In this document: piece by piece, positions 56,994 through 64,000 of the stretch
Layout of the letters: every line of letters starts with the position of its first letter
Numbering within the stretch: position 1 is the first letter of the stretch
Assembly (NCBI GenBank): GCA_905372265.1
Contig: CAJPOL010000001.1
Coordinates: 458 to 64,457, forward strand
Reading direction: 5' to 3'
Length of the DNA stretch: 64,000 nucleotides
Source: an uncultured Treponema sp.
GTDB taxonomy: Bacteria > Spirochaetota > Spirochaetia > Treponematales > Treponemataceae
Notes under the pieces: generated by a model
What the model saw: only the letters and a program-made list of their open reading frames with translations
What the model was told of the DNA's origin: nothing
Databases searched by the model: none
Position numbers and translations under genes: made by a program

Positions 56994-57677
56994 ATGAAAA
57001 AAATGATAGCGTGTACCGTCCTTATATGCAGCTTTTATGCAGCGGTATTCAGTCAATCAATTACAACAGCAAGCGTATTTTTTGCCGGCGTTTCGGAAAA
57101 ATACGGCGGGTTGTCGGATTATACAGCGGCTTTGACTATCTCGGCCGGAACAGGCTCTCGAACACAAGTTATGAACGCAACGGTGTACTTTAAACGTCCC
57201 AACCGATTGCGGATCGATTTTACTAAGCCGGATGAACAGGTTATTTTATTTACCGGCGATACTTTGACGATTTATATACCCGCCTATCGGATGGTACTAA
57301 GCCAAACGATTGAGAAAAGTGCCGCAGGAAGCGCTCATTTAGCAACACCTCAAGGATTATCGCTCCTTAAACGGTCGTATACCATTGCGTATGAAACGGG
57401 GGCAGACCCGCAACCCTTGGAAGAAGGCTCTTCCGAACAAGTGATTGCGCTCATATTGAATAGGCGCTCTGCAGCGGAAACGTTCAGAACGATTAGGATC
57501 CTCATATCTCCGTCAACTCAATTAATCCGGCGTATAGAGGCATGGCCTATTTCGGGCAGCAAAATAACTTTTGATTTTTCAAACTATCACTTGAATACGG
57601 GAATTCCGGATTCGCGTTTTTTATATGACCTGCCGCCCAATGCGAGTATGTTGAATAATTTTTTATTTGAAGAATAG
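56994..57677 (+). CDS. lolA: outer-membrane lipoprotein carrier protein LolA family
   Basis: Signal peptide; FKRPNRLRIDF..P..Q.I...G..L.IY.P, F..P; position upstream of rodZ-like and rimO. Start moved to ATG 56994. Confidence 0.75.
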   Translation: MKKMIACTVLICSFYAAVFSQSITTASVFFAGVSEKYGGLSDYTAALTISAGTGSRTQVMNATVYFKRPNRLRIDFTKPDEQVILFTGDTLTIYIPAYRMVLSQTIEKSAAGSAHLATPQGLSLLKRSYTIAYETGADPQPLEEGSSEQVIALILNRRSAAETFRTIRILISPSTQLIRRIEAWPISGSKITFDFSNYHLNTGIPDSRFLYDLPPNASMLNNFLFEE

Positions 57678-57703
57678 CTGAGGCGCTATTCGGGAAGGAA
57701 TTC

Positions 57704-58822
57704 ATGCAAGAAATAGGTACCGTATTAAAAACGGCGCGAACTGAAAAACAAATAGGATTGGAACAAGCTGCACGGGAAACGAACACCACAAAACGGTATT
57801 TGGAAGCGCTTGAGACCGGCTCATATGATGTATTTCCCGGTGAACCGTATGTTGTCGGATTTCTGCGGAACTATGCCGAATATTTAGGCTTAAACCCTGA
57901 GGACTGCATTCAGCTCTATAAACAAGCAAAGATTCAAGAGGCTGCTGTTCCGCCTGAACAGCTCATCCCGAAAAGAAATTTCGCTATTCCCCGCGGTGTT
58001 TGGATTACATTAGGCATCATAGCTGCCGGTGTCATGTTATTCTTTATAGGCCGCATGTTTGCCGATAAGATTCCGGCATTTTTAAAAAGCCGGCCGGTAC
58101 AGCGCGGATCGAGCCCCGCTGTCATCGAAAAAACAAAGAGTGAAACCTATACGCTGTCCGCAGACTTATTTGAAAAACGCCTTTTCAGCGGCGACACGAT
58201 TATTGTACCCATTAATGGGAAAGAATATCAGCTCAAAGTTGAAAAAACAGCTCCGGAGCTTTATCTGGGAACGGAACTCGGCACTCAAATTATCGCACTG
58301 GGGCAAAGCCTTGCACTTGACCTTAACGGCGATGTTACAAGCGATATTAAAATTTTTGTCAACGATCTTGACAAAACCGACGGCTCAAAAGGAGCTATGG
58401 TAGAAATTACTTCTATTGATTTATCAGCCGCGGCCGCATCGGGCGGCGCCGATATAAAAGTCTCCGAACCTGCTGCGCAGCCCTTATCGGCAAAATACAA
58501 AGTTCTGTTTGATGCAGGCTCCGCCTATCCGGTTACCTTAAATGCAACATTCCGCAGCTATTGTCTTTTTCGGTACGAGGGAGACCGGGCAAACCGTGAT
58601 GAACGGTACTATCAGAAATCGGAACAACTGACTATCCAAGCAAATAACGGAATTAGGATTTGGGCTTCAAACGGAAATGCCGTTAAAATGCAGATTATCG
58701 CAGGTGGAAAAACAATCGATATTGAAGTAAGCCGGCCCGGTGAGGTCATTGTAAAGGATTTTAAGTGGCTGAAAGACGATGAATCCGGACGCTATAAATT
58801 TGTGGTAATAGACGTTGACTAA
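57704..58822 (+). CDS. RodZ-like HTH membrane protein
   Basis: IG..LK.AR......L.......T....YL.ALE......FP...Y..GFLRNYA.YLGL, single TM, periplasmic beta domain. Confidence 0.85.
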   Translation: MQEIGTVLKTARTEKQIGLEQAARETNTTKRYLEALETGSYDVFPGEPYVVGFLRNYAEYLGLNPEDCIQLYKQAKIQEAAVPPEQLIPKRNFAIPRGVWITLGIIAAGVMLFFIGRMFADKIPAFLKSRPVQRGSSPAVIEKTKSETYTLSADLFEKRLFSGDTIIVPINGKEYQLKVEKTAPELYLGTELGTQIIALGQSLALDLNGDVTSDIKIFVNDLDKTDGSKGAMVEITSIDLSAAAASGGADIKVSEPAAQPLSAKYKVLFDAGSAYPVTLNATFRSYCLFRYEGDRANRDERYYQKSEQLTIQANNGIRIWASNGNAVKMQIIAGGKTIDIEVSRPGEVIVKDFKWLKDDESGRYKFVVIDVD

Positions 58823-60317
58823 ACGCTTTTTCCTTGATCAGCACGGGTGCGCAAAGAATCAGGTTGACGGGGAACTGCTTATCGGAATTTTGACCGGACA
58901 AGGCTGGCTGCACAGCTCTGAGCCTGAAGATGCCGACCTCATTATTATCAATTCTTGCGGCTTCATTGAACCGGCAAAGCGGGAATCAATAGAAGCCGTA
59001 GTCGCCGCCCGAACGGCATATCCCCATGCAAAGATACTGCTGGCAGGCTGTTTGGCTGAGCGGTACGGAGATGTTTTCCGCACTGAGTTTCAAGAGGCCG
59101 ATGCGTTTTTCGGCAACGGCAATCTTGATCAGCTTCCTGCCTTATTGGAACAGCTGTTCCCGCATGATTCAGAGGATGCCGGTGCGGCCGCTCGCCATAC
59201 GGCAGTATCTCCGGCTCCTAAACGCAGCTCCCGCTCAAAACGCATACGGCCGTTCCTGAAACCGGCGCAGACAGGCGTGTGCTGCGGAGAACGCCCTACA
59301 ATACTGAACTTTCCGCGTTCTGCTTTTATTAAAATTACCGAAGGGTGCAATAATTGCTGTACGTTCTGCGCTATTCCGCTCATACGGGGGCCGGTACGGA
59401 GCAGACCTGTTGCAAGCATACTAGAAGAAATACGGAACTTTGCCGAACGGGGGTATCGGGAATTCAATCTTATCGGACAGGATTTAGCCGTTTACGAAGT
59501 TGATCCCGAATATCAAGCCGCCATGAATCACGGTGAAAAAGCCGTGCCGGAAAAACTTTCAGGCTTAGCGCAACTGCTGATGGAAATTTCCCGTCTTAAA
59601 GGCTCATTCGGTATAAGGCTTTTGTATATTCATCCCGATCATTTCCCGCTTGATATTCTGCCGGTTATGACTGCCGATGCCCGCTTTATGCCCTACTTTG
59701 ATATTCCATTCCAGTCCGGAGCAGAGCCTGTTATCCGTGCGATGAATCGGTGCGGGTCTGCCGATCGTTATCTCGAATTGGTAAAAACAATCCGCACGGC
59801 TTTCCGTAATGCAGAGAGCCCTTATGGAGAAGCGGTTATCCGTACAACCTTTTTAACAGGCTTTCCCGGTGAAACGCATGACGACTTTGAAAAGACTGCC
59901 GACTTTCTGCAAAAGCTGGAAAGCCTGTGGGCAGGAACTTTTGTCTATTCACCGGAAGAAGGAACTCAAGCGGCGGACATGAAGAATCAGGTACCGACAG
60001 GTATTGCCGAGCAGCGGAAAGACACGCTCAATAGCTTGCAGCTGCGTATTACCGAACAAAAACTTGCCGCTTTTTGCGGCCGTGAGGTGGATGTTTTAAT
60101 TGAAGAACTCATTCCGGCAGCGGCAGAAGATGAAACGGAAGAGCGTATCGCACTCGGACGGGCATGGTTCCAAGCGCCCGAAGTTGACGGCGCCGTAGTG
60201 GTGCATTTCATGGAAACACAAAAAGATACGCAAGGCTCTGCAATCTCCGCAGGCAGTTTTGTACGGGTGCGGATTCTTGCCGTCCGCGGCGTTGATTTGG
60301 AAGCCGCTGCCGTGTAG
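58815..60317 (+). CDS. rimO: ribosomal protein S12 methylthiotransferase
   Basis: GCAKNQVD.E, INSCGFIE.AK.ESI, KI.EGC...C.FC.IP..RG, GQD, Y.HP, GFPGET, QAPEVDG TRAM region. Confidence 0.9.
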   Translation: MTKRFFLDQHGCAKNQVDGELLIGILTGQGWLHSSEPEDADLIIINSCGFIEPAKRESIEAVVAARTAYPHAKILLAGCLAERYGDVFRTEFQEADAFFGNGNLDQLPALLEQLFPHDSEDAGAAARHTAVSPAPKRSSRSKRIRPFLKPAQTGVCCGERPTILNFPRSAFIKITEGCNNCCTFCAIPLIRGPVRSRPVASILEEIRNFAERGYREFNLIGQDLAVYEVDPEYQAAMNHGEKAVPEKLSGLAQLLMEISRLKGSFGIRLLYIHPDHFPLDILPVMTADARFMPYFDIPFQSGAEPVIRAMNRCGSADRYLELVKTIRTAFRNAESPYGEAVIRTTFLTGFPGETHDDFEKTADFLQKLESLWAGTFVYSPEEGTQAADMKNQVPTGIAEQRKDTLNSLQLRITEQKLAAFCGREVDVLIEELIPAAAEDETEERIALGRAWFQAPEVDGAVVVHFMETQKDTQGSAISAGSFVRVRILAVRGVDLEAAAV

Positions 60318-60359
60318 TCATATCAAAGAGACGTATAAAAAGTATCAAAGGAGCGCTCA

Positions 60360-62174
60360 ATGGCTAAAAAGAACACGTATGACGAATCAAAAATAAAAAC
60401 GCTCAGCTCGCTGGAGCATATCAGACTGCGTACCGGTATGTATATCGGCCGGCTTGGAAACGGATCAAATCCCGATGACGGTATTTATATACTATTAAAA
60501 GAGGTGCTCGATAACTCCATCGATGAGTTTATCATGGGGAACGGAGACCGCATCGATGCACTCTTAAAAGACAATAAAGTTACCGTTCGGGACTACGGCC
60601 GCGGTATTCCGCTCGGTAAGGTGGTGGAATGCGTGTCGGTAATCAACACGGGCGCAAAGTATAACGATGAGGTCTTTCAGTTTTCAGTTGGGCTGAACGG
60701 CGTCGGGACTAAGGCGGTCAATGCGCTTTCCGAATATTTCCGCGTAGTCTCCGTCCGTGACGGGAAATACGCCGAAGCTGTGTTTGAGCGGGGCGTATTG
60801 GTTCATGAAAAACAGGGAGATGCCAAAAAGGGCGTTAAAAACGGTACGCTGGTAGAGTTCATCCCCGATACGGAAATATTCGGCGAGTATACATTCAATC
60901 TTGATTTTATCGAAAAACGGATGTGGAACTACGCCTATCTCAATGCCGGTTTGACACTCACCTTTAACGGCGCTTCATATATATCGCAGAACGGCTTACT
61001 CGACTTGCTCGGCGCCGAAATCGGAGAGGAAACGCTCTATCCGGTCGCTCATTTTAAGGAAGCAAAGCTCGAATTTGCGTTTACCCATACCAATAACTAC
61101 GGCGAAACGTATTTTTCGTTTGTCAACGGGCAGTATACCTCGGACGGCGGTACGCACCTTTCAGCCTTTAAAGAAGGGCTTTTGAAAGGTATTAACGAAT
61201 ACTACCGCAAAAACTACAAGAGCGAGGATGTCCGCGAGGGTACCTGCGCGGCTGTCGCGGTAAAGGTGCAGGCGCCGGTGTTCGAAAGCCAAACGAAAAA
61301 TAAGCTCGGAAACACTGAGGTGCGGACGTGGATTGTCAACGGGACAAAGGCCGCCGTGGTGGAGTGGCTGCAAAAAAATGCCGACGCTGCGCGGAAGCTG
61401 GAGGAAAAAATCCTTGCAAATGAGCGCCTACGCACGGAGCTGAACAGCGTCAAAAAGGAAGCGAAAGCCGCTGCAAAGAAAATCACGATGAAAATCCCAA
61501 AACTGAAAGACTGCAAGTTTCATCTTGGGGATAAACAGTACGGCGATGAATCGATGATTTTTATTACCGAAGGAGATTCCGCATCCGGATCGATGGTTTC
61601 AAGCCGCGATGTGCTTACGCAGGCACTGTTCTCACTGCGGGGTAAACCTGAGAATATGCACGGAAAAAAACGGGCGGCCATCTACAAAAATGCAGAGCTC
61701 TACAATATGATGATGGCGCTCGGCATCGAAAACAGCCTTGAAAGTCTCCGCTACAACAAGATCATCATTGCGACCGATGCCGATAACGACGGTTTTCATA
61801 TCAGAAATTTACTGCTCACCTTTTTCCTCACCTATTTTGAAGAGCTGGTGCTGAGCGGACGTATCTTTATTTTGGAAACGCCGCTTTTTCGGGTACGGAC
61901 CAAAAAAGAGACCTGCTATTGCTATTCGGAAAAAGAGCGGGATGCGGAAATGAAGCGGCTCGGCGCGGCTGCGGAGGTAACGCGCTTTAAGGGTTTGGGA
62001 GAAATCAGTCCAAGCGAATTCGGTCAGTTTATCGGACAGGACATCCGTTTGTTACCGGTCAGCATCCAAACCGTTAAAAAGATTCCCGCTATCCTTGAGT
62101 TTTATATGGGTAAAAACACCCCCGAACGGAAAGAATTTATTATGAAAAATCTCCTTGCAGAAATCGACGCATAG
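60360..62174 (+). CDS. parE: type II topoisomerase B subunit (short, topoisomerase IV ParE type)
   Basis: EHIRLR.GMYIG, EVLDNSIDE, DYGRGIP, GLNGVG, TEGDSASG, ATDAD.DGFHIR, RFKGLGE. Confidence 0.85.
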   Translation: MAKKNTYDESKIKTLSSLEHIRLRTGMYIGRLGNGSNPDDGIYILLKEVLDNSIDEFIMGNGDRIDALLKDNKVTVRDYGRGIPLGKVVECVSVINTGAKYNDEVFQFSVGLNGVGTKAVNALSEYFRVVSVRDGKYAEAVFERGVLVHEKQGDAKKGVKNGTLVEFIPDTEIFGEYTFNLDFIEKRMWNYAYLNAGLTLTFNGASYISQNGLLDLLGAEIGEETLYPVAHFKEAKLEFAFTHTNNYGETYFSFVNGQYTSDGGTHLSAFKEGLLKGINEYYRKNYKSEDVREGTCAAVAVKVQAPVFESQTKNKLGNTEVRTWIVNGTKAAVVEWLQKNADAARKLEEKILANERLRTELNSVKKEAKAAAKKITMKIPKLKDCKFHLGDKQYGDESMIFITEGDSASGSMVSSRDVLTQALFSLRGKPENMHGKKRAAIYKNAELYNMMMALGIENSLESLRYNKIIIATDADNDGFHIRNLLLTFFLTYFEELVLSGRIFILETPLFRVRTKKETCYCYSEKERDAEMKRLGAAAEVTRFKGLGEISPSEFGQFIGQDIRLLPVSIQTVKKIPAILEFYMGKNTPERKEFIMKNLLAEIDA

Positions 62175-62204
62175 AGAATACCCGCAGATTCCGCACAGGC
62201 TGCT

Positions 62205-62858
62205 TTAAAATAGACTCTGGGAATAATCTTTTTCTTGTTTTTCCTCAACAGGGGAAAGGAATTGTTCAACATCGATTTCCGAACGGATTTTTTGCACCAA
62301 TTCGGCATTGTTTTTTAAAAACCGGTTGAGGATGTGCTGAAAAAGCTCCATGCAAACCCGAGCATCGTCCTCGGCACGGTGCGCTTCCAATGCGGTAATA
62401 CCGAATTGTAGGGCGAGGTCTTGTAAAGCATAACTTGCCAGACCGGGAAATACTTCTTTGGCAAGGATCCTCGTATCAACCGTCTTATTCGCTAAAACCG
62501 GTTTTTCGGTACGTTTTAGCTCCGTATTAACATAATTGATGTCAAACGGAGCATTGTGAGCAACTAACACTCCGTTTCCGATAAAGTCCAGAAAATCGGG
62601 AAGAACCTCTGCAATGACCGGCTTATCTGCCAGCATTGCATCGGTTATTCCGTTTACTTTGCCCGCTTCTTCCGGCATTGGCATTTCAGGATTGATGAGT
62701 ACATTGTACCGTGCAATAATTCCCTGCCGGTCAAATTTAATAGCGCCGATCTCTACAATTCTCCCCGAAGTAGGGTCAAGACCGGTCGTTTCCGTATCAA
62801 AGGCGATAAACACTGCCGCATCATGTACGGCAGCAAGCCAATCATAGCTGGTCATCAA
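62205..62858 (-). CDS. DEDDh 3'-5' exonuclease (DNA Pol III epsilon-like)
   Basis: FDTETTGL, VAHNAPFD, DT..LA, HRAEDDA. Confidence 0.92.
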   Translation of the reverse strand: MMTSYDWLAAVHDAAVFIAFDTETTGLDPTSGRIVEIGAIKFDRQGIIARYNVLINPEMPMPEEAGKVNGITDAMLADKPVIAEVLPDFLDFIGNGVLVAHNAPFDINYVNTELKRTEKPVLANKTVDTRILAKEVFPGLASYALQDLALQFGITALEAHRAEDDARVCMELFQHILNRFLKNNAELVQKIRSEIDVEQFLSPVEEKQEKDYSQSLF

Positions 62859-64000
62859 GCAAGCGTATCAAGCGCTTGTTCAAAAAGCTGCACTTGTTTT
62901 TCCGCCTGCGTACGGGTAGCGGTCATATTGCTGCCGTTTACCGGCTGCGGATGAATAATGTAGAATTTAATCTTAGGTTCGGTACCGCTCGGACGCACGC
63001 TGATAATGGTTCCATCCTCCAGATAGTATTGCAACACATTGCTGACCGGTAACGCTACCGTTTCTTTTTTCTCAGGAGCGGCAGGGTTATAGGCGCATGA
63101 ATTCTCTATATCGCGGATGGTTACCACTTTTACGCCTGCAATATCTTTAAGCGCGGAGGTACGCAGTTTTTTCATCATATTCTGCATAATGCCGACACCT
63201 TCAGCGCCCGGGAATACCTTATTGATGGTTTTTTCGCAGAAATAACCGTATTGCATGAAAAGTTCATTCAGCCGGTCAAGCAAACTTTTGCCGTGTTTAC
63301 GCCAGTACAGCGCCATTTCCGCGCATAGAGCGGATGCTGCAATACCGTCTTTATCACGCAGATCAAGACTGAAATTATATCCGTAGCTCTCTTCAAAGCC
63401 GTAAATATAGCTGTATTCCTGCTTTGAAATTTCATCAGCCTTATTGCATATCCATTTAAAACCGGTTAGACACTCAAATGCCGATACTCCATAGCCTTTT
63501 GCGATGCGGTCGGACAAGTGAGAGGTAACGATTGAACGCACCATCGCCGGTTTTGCAGGCATGAGGCCGAATTCTTTTGCGGTGAGGCAGAGATAATCAA
63601 TGAAAAGAGCGCCCATTTGATTTCCGGTGATGAGTTTCATTTTACCGTCGGTATCTTTAACGGCCGAAGCGAAACGGTCGGCATCGGGATCGGTTGCCAT
63701 TAAAATATCGGCGCTTTCTTTTTCTGCCAACGCAATCGCCATTTTAAGCGCTGCCGGATCTTCCGGATTCGGGTAACTGACAGTGGGGAAGTTACCATCC
63801 GGCTCGCGTTGCTCCGGAACGGTCAGGATGTTAAAGCCCATATCGCCGAGTACTTTCTCAACATGCAGAGCGCCTGTTCCATGCAGCGGCGTATAAACGA
63901 TTTTTACCGATTTTGACATCTCTTTAATAAGGTCTGCACGGTGTAACTTTGCCTTTACGCTTTTCCAATATTTTTCATCCAATTCTTTATCGATTATGAT
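62855..64000 (-). CDS. pgm: phosphoglucomutase/phosphomannomutase; 5' part outside the window
   Basis: VYTPLHGTG, PNPE, DPDADR metal loop, TGFKWI, FEESYG, DKDG, RPSGTEPKIKFY. Confidence 0.92.
   Translation of the reverse strand: MIIDKELDEKYWKSVKAKLHRADLIKEMSKSVKIVYTPLHGTGALHVEKVLGDMGFNILTVPEQREPDGNFPTVSYPNPEDPAALKMAIALAEKESADILMATDPDADRFASAVKDTDGKMKLITGNQMGALFIDYLCLTAKEFGLMPAKPAMVRSIVTSHLSDRIAKGYGVSAFECLTGFKWICNKADEISKQEYSYIYGFEESYGYNFSLDLRDKDGIAASALCAEMALYWRKHGKSLLDRLNELFMQYGYFCEKTINKVFPGAEGVGIMQNMMKKLRTSALKDIAGVKVVTIRDIENSCAYNPAAPEKKETVALPVSNVLQYYLEDGTIISVRPSGTEPKIKFYIIHPQPVNGSNMTATRTQAEKQVQLFEQALDTLA

Overview
Gene-dense bacterial chromosomal window, most likely from an oral Treponema. 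This rests on the class I lysyl-tRNA synthetase, the LicC-LicA fusion, the FGE/CLec-type lipoprotein and the treponeme-like hypothetical lipoproteins; the taxonomy is inference. Most of the window is housekeeping: citC, adhE, potAB, BCCT plus licCA, rsmE, ctpA, rsmA, two RluA-family genes, folC, metK, lysS, upp-like, ABC-F, a nucleoside-type ABC transporter, lolA, rodZ-like, rimO, parE, a DEDDh exonuclease and pgm. The outstanding feature is an apparently complete radical-SAM RiPP cluster of about 10 kb (13.1-23.0 kb). It encodes a 67-aa precursor with two CxCxC motifs, an RRE-rSAM-SPASM maturase, an M16 peptidase, two ABC systems and an embedded FGE/CLec-fold lipoprotein. The precursor ORF lies inside a long-range RNA helix. 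Other notable items: a surface module of WD40/beta-barrel plus two lipoproteins (52.3-56.5 kb) behind a 7x7-bp tandem repeat, a gene split at an A11 homopolymer, several families of palindromic intergenic repeats, leaderless-type promoters and a structured metK leader. No rRNA, tRNA, CRISPR array, transposase or reverse transcriptase was recognised. All assignments come from reading motifs by eye; no database searches were run.
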